From: the human T2T-CHM13v2.0 reference genome, Homo sapiens | Reading direction: 5' to 3' (one strand) | Assembly: GCF_009914755.1 (NCBI RefSeq) | Contig: NC_060948.1 | DNA length: 64,000 bases | Part shown: in pieces, positions 29,295-42,649 of the stretch | How positions within the stretch are numbered: the first letter of the stretch is position 1 | Layout of the letters: each line of letters begins with the position of its first letter | The notes under the pieces: generated by a model | Seen by the model: only the letters and a program-made list of their open reading frames with translations | Databases searched by the model: none | Told to the model about the DNA's origin: nothing | Translations under genes and position numbers: made by a program

Positions 29295-30760
29295 ATTACT
29301 GTTGTTGGATCATCTGGTTGAGGGCTTCTGGCCCAGAGAACCATTGCATTCTGGGGGCAGTGCACCTTCCAGTGATTGTCTCAGCATAGTGGACATGGAT
29401 GGAGGGGGGGCTTGTTTCTTACTGGACAATCTTTTTTAAAGTGTGCTTGTAAACCACACTGATAGCAAGCCTTACTAGGTGATTGGCCTTCTCCATTTTC
29501 TGTCATTTCTGAACCACCAAAGTTTGTTAGTCTGAGGGACGTGACTAAGGCTGCGGCCTTTCTCTAATCTCACTTTTCCTTTTGGGCCTGTTCCTCTTGG
29601 TCCCTATTATAGAAAACTGAAGCTGCCAGGTTTAGTAATGCCTCCAGATTTTGTTCAGGGCCCAGGGCTTTCTTTTGGAACCTTCTCCTGATACCTGTGG
29701 CTGATTTGGTAATAAACTTATCTTTTAGAATCAATTGACACTGTAGTGAGTCAGGCAACAGGGGATTATATTTTCTTAATGCCCCTTGTAGCCACTTGAG
29801 GAAGGCAGAAGGACTTTCTTCATTTCCCTGAGTTATGGTGGACATCATTGAATAATTCATGGGCTTTTCCTAATTCTCCTTAGTCCTTCTAGAACATAGG
29901 TCAACAGATGTTTATGACTCCAGTCCCCATGATCTGAGTCAAAGTCTCAGTAGGGATGCATACTGGGGATGGCTTGCTGACTGGTAGAGAATTTGTCCCT
30001 TTCTTCAGTTGTCATTCTATCATTTACTTCATTAAGATACCAGGTACCTCCAAACTCTCAGGCTGCAGCTAAAGCTGCATTCTTTTTTTAAAGGCCAGGG
30101 TTTGATCTAACAATAGCATGACATCTCTCCAAGTGAGATGGAAGATTTTCCCTAGACACTGTAGGACATCCATGTACCTATCAGGATCATCTGAAAACTT
30201 CCCCAGGCCTGTCTTGATCGGATTTCAATCAGAGAGAGATAAGGGGACATGTACTAGGGTTTAGCCAAATTCCCCTCGCCCTACAGCTTGAAGGGGACAT
30301 AACCAATAGCCTGGGAGATTTTGTGGTCCCTTGGAGATTTCTTTGCTTATTTCCTTCTGGATGGGGAAGATTAGAGGAGGCATATCATTAATAGCAAGGG
30401 GAGCTATAGGGAGGCTAGGATATGGGGGTAAGCTGAGAGTTCCTCCCATGGGATGTAAATTGCAAGCTTTGCATAGTTGTGGATCCTTCTTCAGTGAAAA
30501 GAAAACTTGGACATAAGGCATTTCACTCCATTTGCCTTCCCTCTTACAGAAAAGCTCAATCTGTAGGACAGTATTGTAATTTATACTTCCCTCAGGTGGC
30601 CATTTTTCCCCATCAAAGAGAGAATACTGGGCCAAGCCATAGTGTAGAAAAAAATGAGAGGCCTCTTTAGCAGTGTTTGTGGGTCAAATTCATCCCAATG
30701 GCTTAGGATGCCTTTCAAGGGTGAGACTGTTGGTGCCTGAGTGTTTCCTATCTCAAGACA
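29295..30760 (-). pseudogene. gag: ERV9 gag remnant
   Basis: WPPEGSINYNTVLQIELFCKREGKWSE; ITQGNEESPSAFL; CYQCGLQAHFKKDC. Confidence 0.88.
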
Positions 30761-31889
30761 AAACCACCCATGGTTTTGGTTTGTTTGTTTCTCCCCCTGC
30801 CCAAGAACCCACAATGGTCCCTGGACCCTGCTGATCAGAAAAGTTGCACTCACTGATGCAGCAGCAGAAACACGAGTTTTCCTCTTAGACCACAAGGAAG
30901 GTCAGATTTAGTGGTCCTTAACAATGCATTCTCAAAAACCTGCACCCTTGCCTGTCCTGCTAGACCACAAAGAGGACCAAGAAATATCGGATTTTGTGGC
31001 CCTTACTGAACGTTCTCAAAAACCTGTTAAGCATTCTCCTGTTAGTAATGGGATGTTACCCCTGCCCTATAAAGATGTTATGCCCCAAAAATGAAGTGGA
31101 GGGCCATACCCTGAGGGATGGAAGGAATCTCCAGAGTTGGAAGAGTGATGCCTTTTTTCCTCATTTATATGAATAGGAAGGATACAATTTCTGAGGCTCC
31201 TCATATCCTAGCTTCAGGAATAGCTTTTGTTAGGCATACTTGTCTGAGAAGGGATCATAAAATTCTATCTAGTACTCCATACACTGGAGCTTTGGGCAAA
31301 AATTATGTCTTTCTGATTAGTGAGCCCACTTGCCTAAAGAAGGTAACAGAGTCCTGAAGTTTATACTAGAAATCATTCTTACAAGAGAAACTAGAAAAGC
31401 ACCAGAGACAGGGAGTGGTTTTTAGAAGGAGGACTAGCCTTGAAGAAAAGAGCTGAGAGGAAGTTTGTCTGACAGGCATTAGGACCTAGGAGGCAAGGGT
31501 CAGGATAGATAGTATAGATGGGCAAGTCTCGCTTGGGCATCATGACTTTGAGAGTTCAGCTTATGACCGCAGGTTCAACCAATTTGTTGTTGGGACCCTG
31601 GAGCTGAATGGCTTTCCTCTCTGTTGACCCTCACCTCAGCCCAGAAGTACAGGAAAAGCAGGAAGCTGGTTCCAGCAAACCAACGCTCCCAACTCCAAAG
31701 AGTAGAGGGTTGTTAGAGAGCCCTTTCCCAGAAAGCCTGACACCAGTGTCTTCAGTCCAGTGGCTGCACTATTCTCTTTTAACTGGCTGACAGATGCCCA
31801 GTATTTAGACCCTGAATTCTAAGGAAAAATAGGACAGAATAGCAAGCAAAAGGGGTCTAATGGTGTTCACCATTTGGTGATAGTTGATT

Positions 31890-31907
31890 GTCCCTTTGTG
31901 TTTGCCA
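31890..31907 (-). other. Primer-binding site, tRNA-Arg-like
   Basis: tggcaaacacaaagggac compared with ERV9 TGGCGACCACGAAGGGAC. Confidence 0.7.
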
Positions 31908-31910
31908 AAA

Positions 31911-32730
31911 TATGGCCAGAATTGCTTCCTTCTGGTGGGTTCTTGGTCTTGCTGGCTTCAAGAATGAAGCCATGGACCCTCATGGTGAGCATTACAGTTC
32001 TTAAAAATTGTGTGTCCAGAGTTTATTCCTGCAGATGTTCAGATGTGTCCAGAGTTTCTTCTTTCTGGTGAGTTCATGGTCTCATTTGACTTCAGGAATG
32101 AAGGCGTAGACCTTTGCAGTGAGTGTTACAGCTCTTAAAGGTGGCACATCCCAAATTGTTTGTTCCTCCCATTGAGTTTGTGGTCTTGCTGACTTCAGGA
32201 GTGAAGCTGCAGACCTTCACAGTGAGTGTTACAGCTCATAAAGGTAGTGCAGACCCAAAGAGTGAGGAGCAGCAAGATTTATTGTGAACAGTGAAAAAAC
32301 AAAGCTTCCACAGCATGGAAGGGGACCCGAGCAGGTTGCCACTGCTGGCTTAGGTGTCCTGCTTTTATTCCCCACTCACATCCTGCTGATTTGTCCATTT
32401 TACAGAGAATTGATTGGTCCATTTTACAGACTGCTCATTGGTCCATTTCACAGAGTGCTCATTTTTCCATTTTTACAGAGTGCTGATTGGTGCATTTACA
32501 AATCTTTAGCTAGACACAGAGTGCCGATTGGTGCATTTACAATCTTAGCTAGACTGAAAAGTTCTCCAAGTGCCCTACCCAATTAGCTAGACACAGAGCA
32601 CTGATTGGTGTGTTTACAAACCTTTAGCTAGACACAGTGTGCTGATTGGTGCATTTACAATCCTTTAACTAGACAGAAAAGTTCTCTAAGTCCCCACCTG
32701 ACCCAGAAGACTAGCTGGCTTCACCTCTTA
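31911..32730 (-). promoter_or_regulatory. LTR12 5' LTR
   Basis: Homologous to 25802-26605; tandem CCAAT boxes at 32385-32650. Confidence 0.9.
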
Positions 32731-33059
32731 CTAGCATTAGAGTCTGGCCTCTGAATGGTTTGCTTGATTACTGCCAGGTGATCGTTAGTCTCCCCAGTAA
32801 TAATTAAGCTGGTTGTTTTAGGTAAGGTGCACTGGGAGACAGTGTGGAGAGAAAGTGGGGGAAAATGAGGGAAGTAGCTGGAGGAACAATAGCATGAAGG
32901 GAAGATGAAAAATCCAGCAACGAAGAAATGATGGGTCAGAAAGAACACAAGAGAGCAGCCTTACATGGAAGCAGTAGACAAACATTCTATTCTACAAAGT
33001 CATTGTTGGGGGAAAAAAAGAGGCAAAAAGGATTGAGTTTTGCAATTTTATACTCTTGA

Positions 33060-33592
33060 CAATTGAGTGATATTAACAGTTCTTATGTTATTTTCTCTTG
33101 AACTATCATTTCTTTAATTAATACTGATTGTAAACATCCTTTTGGTATATTTTTTACTCCAAGAAATCTAGTATTCCTTTGGTTGCCTTATTTAATTTGT
33201 ATTCTCTTATATTATTTTCTTTTTCCTGATTATTTTGGGTTTATCTTGTTCTTTCTCTTCTGGGTTCTTAAAGTGAAAGCTATGGCTCCTTAATTTAAAA
33301 TCTTCATTCTTTTTTAATATAGTTATCCAGAGACATAAATTTCTTAGTACAAGTTCAGTGTTATCCTGTAAATATGATACATTGTGCTTTCATTTGCATT
33401 TTGTTCAATTATTTTATCATTTCTGATTTTTTTGTTTGATTCTTCCATTTATAATTTATGATTGTCTTATGCAGTTTCTAATATTTGGGCATTTTCTAGA
33501 TATGTTTTAATTATTGATTGTAATTTAATGCTACTGTGGTCAGAGAACATACATTGTGTCATTTGGATTTTCTTCTAATTTTTTGAAATGTA
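33060..33592 (-). mobile_element. Old L1M fragment
   Basis: T-rich; ctgtggtcagagaacat L1 ORF2-type motif. Confidence 0.55.
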
Positions 33593-33958
33593 TGATGTGG
33601 TTTAGCTGTCTGTCCTCACCCAAACATCATCTGGAATTGTAATCCCCACATGTGAAGGGAGTTACCTGGTGGAAGGTGACTAAATCATGGGGTTAGTTTC
33701 CCACAAGCTCTTCTCATGATTGTGAGAGAGCTCTCACAAGATCTGACGGTTTAAAAGTGGCAGTTTCCCCTGCACAGATTCTCTCTCTTCTGCTCCCTTG
33801 TGAAGAAGGTACCTGCATCCCATTTACTTTCTGCCATGATTGTAAGTTTCCTGAGGCCTCCCCAGTCATGTGGAACTGTTAGTTGATTGAGCCTCTTTAC
33901 TTTATCAATTTCACTGTCTCAAGTATTCTTTATGGAAGTACAAAAAATGACTAATAAA
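33593..33958 (+). mobile_element. MST/THE1 MaLR solo LTR
   Basis: tgatgtggtttagctgt...ctgccatgattgtaagtttcctgaggcctcccc; 5-bp TSD atgta. Confidence 0.88.
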
Positions 33959-34029
33959 ATGTATTTCAGGTCTAAACTTAGTCTATCCTGGTAAACATGC
34001 CTCTGTCTATTTGATCATATATGCATCTT

Positions 34030-35100
34030 AGAGGTTAACTTCAGCATACTTACAGGACACAAAAATATTCAACTTCAAAAGGTTAAATTTTACAAGATAT
34101 GGCATCCAAAGAAAAGCCTCCAGTAATGAGAAACAGTACAAAAATGTAATTAATAAGATGAAGAAAAATCAATCAAAATAGCCCCAGAAATGACACAGAT
34201 GTTAGATTATGCAATGACATTAAGTAGCTATTATAACGGTATTTCATGTGTTCATAAAGTTAGATAAAAACATCAAAGATACATAAAATGCTCAAATAAA
34301 ACATCTGGATATAAAATCTACAACGTGTAAATCAAAATAACATTGAACCAAGTTAACAGGAGAGTAGAGTTTGCAGGAAAAGATGACTTGTGTATTTATA
34401 GACATAGCAATAAAAACCCTACCAAACAAACAAAAAGTAGAGAAGAGAGATTTTAAAAAATGAATAGATCTATGAGCTTTAAGAATATTTTAAGTACATT
34501 AATATGAATGTAATTGGAATCCCAGAAAAAGATAAATCACAGAAACCATATTTGAAGATATAATGACAAAACATTTTTGTATTTGATGTAAACTATAATC
34601 CTATAGATTCAAGAACCTCAGCCAACATGCACCAAAACAACAAGTAAAATTCCAGCTTATAAAATTTGTAGATGATGCTAAAGCTGTATTTTGGAGAAAT
34701 GCATAGTACTCCATAATCTGAGGGCTGAAAAGTGATAACTCAAGAAAACCTTACAAGCACCCAGAGAGAAAACACAGGTTACATTTCATATGTCAAAGTA
34801 ATGATTCCAGCAAATTTCGAGTGAAAAATAATGCCCACTGGAAGACAGTGGAATGATGTCTCTAAAGAACTAAGGGGGAAATGTAATCTAGAATTGAATA
34901 ACTACCAAAAATATTATTAAAATCAGAGAAGAAGTAGGCATGTTCAAAAATAGAAAAACAGAAATAATTGATTAGCACAGACCACACTGCAAGAAGTGGT
35001 AAGGACATCCTTCAAAAAAAGAAAAATGATACCAGGTGTGGTTATGGAAATGTGTATTTATACAAAGAAGCAAAGAACACTGGAACTTATGGCTGAAATA
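34030..35100 (+). mobile_element. Old L1M ORF1-region fragment
   Basis: A-rich; gaaatgacacagatgttaga, attcaagaacctcagc, gaagacagtggaatga motifs. Confidence 0.6.
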
Positions 35101-36480
35101 ATAAGGTATAGAATTTTTTATATTTGTATATTATATATGTTTATAGTTTATATATACTTATATATTTAAATATTAAAATATAAATATTTGTGTATATATA
35201 CACATATTTATGTATATATTTTTTCTTCCAATATCCTTTAGGTTTTCGTTGTATAGGTTGATAAAAATACCTCAACTTTAAGACTATATGTGTCAAAATG
35301 AACAAAGAAGCAATTAAAGAGTATTTTGCCCTTAGATGAGTAGCTAAGCAATTTCATTTTTTATTAAATTTCAAGTTGACAGTTTCTGTTAAGCTTTGCC
35401 ATAACTGCAATAACTTTGCCTGTCAGGTTATTTGCAGTTTGTTGCGACTGATATAAATGATGTGGCCAGACAATTTATAGAAGTCAGGCAATTAATCAAA
35501 ATGTTGAAAACATTTTTACTAAAAAGTCAATCAATTGAAGCGTGTCTTAGAAGCTGTAATTTATCTATTGATTCCTCAGAAAATATCCTATATTAAATAA
35601 GTATGTCACATATTTTCCCTCAAGTTTAAAACAATTGAGTAATTTCTATCTGGATGTTTTAGTATTGAGTCATAATTTGATGGTTACACACCTCAAAATT
35701 TTCTTCCTGCCTTCTCTTTTCCCAAAGGGAAGATGAAAATAGGAATGAACCCAAAATAGAAAAAACTATATTTCCTTTTAAAAGCAAAGTAAGCTAACAT
35801 CTTTTATGGAGAGTCCATGGTTTCCCTTGTAATTTTCCTTGAGGGTGAAATTAAAACCTGACTTTGCATTTAAAATGCTACAAACATATATGAGTTCTCA
35901 TATGAAGACCAAATGCCTATGGGTTTATTGATTTTTCTTCTACATTAGAAATTGCACAATCAAGAAAAATCATTTTAGGAGGCTCTCTTAGAGTAAGTAA
36001 ATAAGCTGAATTGAAGATAGGTTTTACAAACTCTTAAATTCCATTGTTCTTCTTAAAAGTTATCCAGAATTTATGGAAAAGCAGAATGACCCTGAAGGGT
36101 GGGTCAGAACATTTTTGAGAGTGTGCTCATAGACACCAGTTGCCAGAAGTAGATGGGACTGGGTACCTTTCTATGTACAGGGAGTCTGTCCAAGTGCCAT
36201 GAAGCAATTGGACAACACCTTGACCTTCTGGGTCATTACCTGTTCTGTGACCAAGGAGCAACTAGAGGTCATTTGATTTGGCTTGAAGCCAAGAGTAGTA
36301 GCATGGCTTGTTTTCCCTAATCATTCCTTGTTTTCCCTAACCATTCCTTGTTTTCCCTAATCTTATCTGTTTTTTGGATGTCTTTCTCCAGGGTTTAAAC
36401 CTGGTACCATCTTAAAGGAGGCACTGCAGAGAGAAAGCAAAATATATTATAATATTATCTCTATTTTAAATTTACATATC

Positions 36481-36511
<31 letters not shown>

Positions 36512-39149
36512 CCCACCCCCCCCCCCCCGCCCAATCTGGAGTTGTCTATAAAACCCTATATAGAGCAGCAGTAAGTATATGCATGTAAACAAAATGCTCA
36601 TTTGTTTCCTAATGTCTATATTAAGGAGGCACTAACAGTTGGACCAGCTGGCAAAAAAAAGGGTATGATTATATTTTAGAGAAAATGTTAGGTTGGTCTG
36701 AGGTAGAAAAATTGTAGCTTTCCCATGTGGCATAAAATGGGAGTAATCTAGTTAATATTATTGTTTCATATTGAGAGTTTTTAAAAAACCACATGTCTTC
36801 TGAGTTCAAATTTGTTTGCATCTTTAACCCAGAAACTAGCAGTTAAGATGAATCATGTCTATTTTCCTCTACTATCCAGTCTCTCACACAATTAATTCCT
36901 ACTATTGTCTTCAGCTTTTTCATTTTGAGCTTGACCTTGGCAAAGCTCAAAACGTGGATGTTGCCTTGGCTACTAAATCTCATGTGATAAGAGATAAATA
37001 AGACAGTCACACAGCAATAACCTTCTCCTATAAGATCATTTCTGAAGACTGCAAGTTTCCCCATCCACAGCACATTATAAAAGGGCTTCCTTGGTTTCTC
37101 CAATCTTGTCCGATTTTTGGATGTCTTTCTCCAGGGTTTAAACCTGGTACTTTCTTAAAGGACACACTGCAGAGAGAAAGCAGAATTCCTGCCATTAATG
37201 ATAATGCTTAAATCACTGAAATCAAATCTGCAGCATTAAGCCATCTTGAAAAATGTCATATCCATAAAATATTTTAGGAAATGTCCAGCTACATAGTTAG
37301 GCTACTTTATCATTTAGCACATGCGTGTTTGATATTTGTATTTGGTGTTTCTGTATTTAGTGCTGTATTTAATGATGGTCAGGAAAGCAAAGACCAAGGA
37401 CCCAGAAAATGGAGAGTTTGAGGGCAGAATAGTAAGAAATGTTTTTTGCCTTTAATTTTAGTTGCAGGGGATATATTTATAAAGTCAATGAAATGTAAAT
37501 TAGTTACCCATAAACATGTCCTGAATGACTAGTTAGTGGAATTGTACTTTCTATTTGTCCTTCTATATGTAAGTATTCTTAAATGTCTCCAGATATCACA
37601 TCATTCTTGTTATATTCAAATTCTATGGCCAGAATGGCCCCTTTTTTGAGACTTACTTCCTCCAATAATCAAGAATATGTGTTATTAAGCAGATTGTCTT
37701 TTACTAATTATATAGTTCTCAATTTCTCTTCATTCATAGTGTTCTCAATCATAAAATTGATAATATGTCTTTACCTGTTAATAAAATGGAACCCATCAAT
37801 AGTGTGTAATTCTGTTTTTCTTTTATGTGATGGATTGCATGCCTCCATGAACAACCACATAAAATGTTGTGTTTTGTTTTAATAAATAAGCAGGGTTATG
37901 ATGTAGAAAATGTGACGCTTTTGGCTATTGGCTGAGTGGAACATTTACATTTATAGTCTGTGGACAAAGGCCACCATGTTTTGTGTTCATGACTCATAAA
38001 TGACAGCAGGGTCAGAGAAGGGCTTTTCTGCTGTGATGGGGCAGGCTTTGCCCAGGGGTCTTAGCTCTGCTAGACTGCATAGGGACAGGCTATCCTGAGC
38101 GGGCAGTACAATAAAGCAGCCAGAATCAGGGACCCACTGAACATCAAAGACCCATTTAGACAGCCTGGTCACTGCAGAAATGTATCAGCAGAGTAAGGGA
38201 GGAAAGAGGAATAAGCCAGGCTTGCTGCTTTCTAGAGGATCAAAAAGAGCTCCTATCTAAGAGCAAACTTGCACTCATCTAGGATTCCATCTGAATTATG
38301 AACCTCAGGGAGACCTGCCCTGTGGTCCATCCATCGTCACGGTCACCGTCCCTGAATATTTTCTGTGCATGACTGGTCTACTGCCTCTACTGCAATACCC
38401 TGAAGCATGACCCTATGCCTCAATTACTATGAGCAGCCCTAGGAGAAAAACCCAGTCTTACTCTTTGTTGAATCCTCTTTGTCACTTGATACAATCACAA
38501 TAAATGCTTAATCCGTATGTTTTAGAGAAATCGGTTTTAGAAAAGCAGGTGCACATGTGTGGAGGCAAAACAAGTAGGCAGAGAGCAGAATTAGGATTGA
38601 GAGGGTCTTGCACATGAAAATGATGAATAATGTATGTCTACCTCAGAAAGGTGGTGGGAGGGTGAGTAACATCAAATTTAACCAAAACAGCAACAAAACT
38701 AAGCTTCCCTTTAGCTTGTGTTGGTGGTACCTCCTTCTAGATTCCATCTCCAAAGTTTCACAGTCACGTTGGGCATCATATTGGGGAAAATCATCGATTA
38801 GACCTATGAGAATCTTATCTTTGTTCTGAAATTTTCCAGTGGGAAAACATTGGGTTGGGCTCAAGATAGAGTTTGCATGAGGCTGATGGAGAAAATTGAA
38901 GATGTATCTTTTTCCTTCTGTAATGTGACTGTTTCCAAATTGAGATGATGTACTAGGACTGTGGATAGAGCACATGTGAACAAACACATCATAGTATCTA
39001 GAGGAGGCTTTCATAGCTCCTTGAAATTTGGCAAGATCAATGTAAGTGGATTTCAAATTCCATAAGGAACTGATTTGGTGGAGAACATTCATTTGCAAGA
39101 GTAGATTTAGCTAAAACTACTTTTAAAAATCCAATCCAACATATTTATG

Positions 39150-39346
39150 TTTTTTTGTTTTGTTTTGGTTTTTTTTTTTTTAGATGGAGTCTTGCTCTTT
39201 CGCCCAGGCCGGACTGCAGTGGCACTCTCTCTGCTCACTGCAACCTCCGCCTCCTGGATTCACGCCATTCTCCCGCCTTAGCCTCCTGAGTAGCCGGGAC
39301 TACAGGCACCCGCCACAACACCAGGCTAATTTTTTTGTATTTTTTA
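39150..39346 (-). mobile_element. Right-monomer AluY (AluYe-like diagnostics)
   Basis: gctctttcgcccaggccggactgcagtggc and ttcacgccattctcc. Confidence 0.75.
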
Positions 39347-39439
39347 AGCAATATTTTAAGTACTATAAAAATAAAATACAATGAATGATTTATCCAGCGA
39401 AAGAAATCATTTCACTGAGGCCACCAAGTATTTCTCTAT

Positions 39440-39670
39440 TTGTTTTTAATTTTTTTGGGTGTGTTGACACGTGGTTTCCCTATGTTGTCTGGGCTGGTCT
39501 TGAGCTCTTAGGCTCAAGCAATCCTCTGTTATTTATTTTTATTTTTATTGTTCTTTTAGCGTCAGGATCTTGCTCTGTCATCCAAGCTGGAGTGCCATGA
39601 TACAATCATAGCTCATTGTGACCTCAAATTCCTGGGTTCAAGTCACCTTCTTCCTGCCTCACCACCCAGT
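39440..39670 (-). mobile_element. Old Alu/FLAM fragments
   Basis: ggctggtcttgagctcttaggctcaagcaatcct; atcatagctcattgtgacctcaaattcctggg. Confidence 0.7.
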
Positions 39671-40534
39671 ATTTTAAACAGAGACCTTATATCTGGAGAT
39701 TTTCGACTCTAAAATCACAAGTCAAGCTCAGAGGTACATACTGCATGCTGGGACTAGCAAGGACCAAAATTCAACTGGAATTTAAGAGAAACTGCTCCCG
39801 GTACAAAATCTTGTGTCTGAGCCACTTCCACACCTTATATGTTTTTGTAATTGGTCAAATAATAATGATCCAGTATAGGTTGGAAAATATTATTATAATT
39901 CACATACAGGTTCATATTATACACTAGCAAATAATTATTTGGAATTGATCTAATGGTCACTAATATTTGCCTTCTATTTAATCATAAAAATATTAAAAGT
40001 AAATTTACTCTTTTTTTCTTCCATTGTAATCAATTTCTTTCACATTACTTGTTTTAATATTGTTCAGATGGTCTCCTTTTCTCTGAAGAACTTCATTTTT
40101 CTGGCTTTAGATTAAGAAGTCAGAGAATGAGTAAAATAACATAAAATAAAAGGCTAAAATAATATAAGCTTTTTTAAAGGCTCCAAATTATACATGCAGT
40201 CCCTGGAAAATGAAAAGAGAAGTCAGCCAGAGAACGTTCATTCTCCTGCGCAAGTCTGTAAAATGGTCACTTTAATTTTCAGAGTTTCCCGGCCATATCT
40301 ATCCATAACAAATGAACTAAAATGCTTGCAGTGTATGCATTTTTTCCCCAAAATCACTGATCAGGTTGAGCAATTTGGAGCACTTAGGCATATCTTTTGT
40401 TTCTTTTGCCTTGTTTTGTTTTGTTTCATCTTTCTGGGGCTCCTCACATTGTCATTTCAATATAGATCCTAAATCCCTTGAATATATTTTCTGATGGTGG
40501 TCTTTAATGTGCCTTTCATTCTGTTTTTTGATCA

Positions 40535-40843
40535 TTTGTTTTTTTAGATACAGAGTCTCACTCTGTTGCCCAGGCTGGAGTGCTGTGATGTGATCATAAG
40601 TCAATGTAGCCTGGACCTCCTGGGCTCAAGAGATCCTCCTGCCTTGGCCTCCTAAGCAGTTGGAACTACAGGTGCATGCTATTATTCCTGGCTATTTCTT
40701 GTTTGTTTTGTTTTGTTTTGTTTTGTACTGATACGGTCTCTCTGTATTGCTCAGGCTGGTCTTCAACTCCTGGCCTCAAGCCATCCTCCCACTTCAGCCT
40801 CCTAAAGTGTCTGAATTACAAATATAAGCTATCACTCCTGGCC
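40535..40843 (-). mobile_element. AluJ
   Basis: gtctcactctgttgcccaggctggagtg...ctcctgggctcaag...actcctggcc. Confidence 0.88.
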
Positions 40844-41580
40844 AACCTCTTATTCCAGAAGAAAAGGTTATATATAAAAAGATACAATATTCAATGCCTG
40901 TAGCAACAGAATGGACCCAGATAGTGCAAGGACAAGGGACTGATTAATGACTTGGTGAAAAGGGCTTTCTGTTTAACCTGCTAGGGAAACTTTAGCCTGT
41001 GAGCACTCCAGGGAGATGAATCACTTAAGTGATGTGGAAAGGCACCGAGCACAATCATCCACCAAACATAGGTGTTCTGAATGAGGTCTTGGACTGCTTA
41101 AGCTACTGGCCATCTCTCCAAAGATCAATTCTTCAACAGTGGAGAGAACAAAAAGTAAAATCAAATAGAGCAAATAGAGTGGTGCAGGGCACAATGAATG
41201 GGTGTGCATGGGTTGAAGTAGTTGAGGATGCCTTCAGACTGGGGCAGTCTTGAATGGCTCTAGAGGTTAAGAGAGGGCAAGATAACAGTTGGTTTTATTT
41301 CTCTCACATCATGGCTGTGGTATGACACAGTGACTCCTCCTTACCTGTCTTTACTCATATTGGGAGATGCAAAATCTTCTTAGCAAAATCCAGGTGGGAT
41401 AGAAGTTTGGAACTTGAGAGAAGCTGGGAAAAATTGACATGAATTGATGCACATCTGAAAATTCATTCTCCCTCTCTCTCTCTTCTGCTGGGATTCTCCT
41501 ACAGTGTAACTTGTGGAAAGGCCTGCACCCAAGTAGTTAATTGAAAATATGAGCAAACAAGTGAAGAGCTACAGTGGGAT

Positions 41581-42266
41581 TGTTACTGCTGGAAGGTATC
41601 TGAGTAACCAGCGGCATGTGTAGCCATCTCAATTCTTGCCTCCTCAGATGATAGAATTCAACTGAGGGCCATAAGGAGAAAAAGAGACTGAAGCAAGTTT
41701 CAGAGCAGGAGTGGAAGTTTATTTAAAAAGACTTTAAAACAGGGAAGAAAGGAAAGTGCACTTGGAAGAGACCCAAGCGGGCAACTTGAAGGACAAGTGT
41801 GACATTTGACCTTGAATATAGGACTTTATAGGCTGTCCCACTTCCATGTGCACCCCTTTCCCATAATTCTTCCCTTAGGGTGGGCTGCCTATATGCACAG
41901 TGCCCTTGTTAGTCTTGGGAAATGAGCACATGCAGTGTGTTCAGTAAGTTGTATGCATGCCAGTCTGAAGCTTTCTTCTCTTTTCTGGTGGAGTGCCCCT
42001 GGAAAGTCGTATACTGCCATTCTGTCTCTTATTGCACATGGCTGGGAAGTTGCTTCTCCTTGGTGTTTGTATTCAATTAACATTTTAGTGCAAGATATGT
42101 GGACAATTAGGAAATGGCCTCCCCCTGGTGCCAGCTGCCAATTTATCCCTTTTAGAGTGGCAATGTGATAATTTTCAAACTATAATCCTATTCTCACCTG
42201 ACATTCCTGGTGGTGGTGGAAGCAACCTCTCCTGCTCTGCTCATGCCTCTCTAACCATCTGTAACA
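41581..42266 (-). mobile_element. MER50-type ERV1 solo LTR
   Basis: TGTTAC...GTAACA termini; TSD ggat/ggac; minus-strand AATAAA near 41720. Confidence 0.78.
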
Positions 42267-42649
42267 GGACAGGAAAGGCAGAACAGCTAATGAAAATAAT
42301 CTTTAGCAAGTTTGGTGATTGATTCTTCATCCCATTGAGACCTGGATGTTTACAAATTGTTTCTCACAAGTGCACATTTGGGGATGAAAAGGTAAAATGT
42401 AGAAGCATTGATTTTAAGCAACCATATCATTCATTTGCTAAACCTGTCCCCTTAAATGTATAAACTCCATCAATATTTTTTGTTTGTCCCTGAGAAGTTG
42501 CAGAATTCTACAACTTCAGAAAGATGCTAGTGCATTTGCCTAAACTAAATAAGACCTGCATGGAACTGAGCACCAAAGTAGTATGCATTGGAGGTAGAAC
42601 TAAATTAGTCTGAAGTAATGCACAAAAAAGTATCCAATAATAAAGTGTG

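Larger units (their letters stand above)
25802..32730 (-). mobile_element. ERV9/HERV9 provirus with two LTR12 LTRs, internally deleted
   Basis: 4-bp TSD CTAG (25798-25801, 32731-32734); LTRs 25802-26605 and 31911-32730; PBS, polypurine tract and gag/pro/pol/env remnants. Confidence 0.93.

Noticed and set aside
38643-39098. 151-aa ORF in non-repeat DNA
   Set aside because: Non-ATG start, no recognisable domain and no exon context
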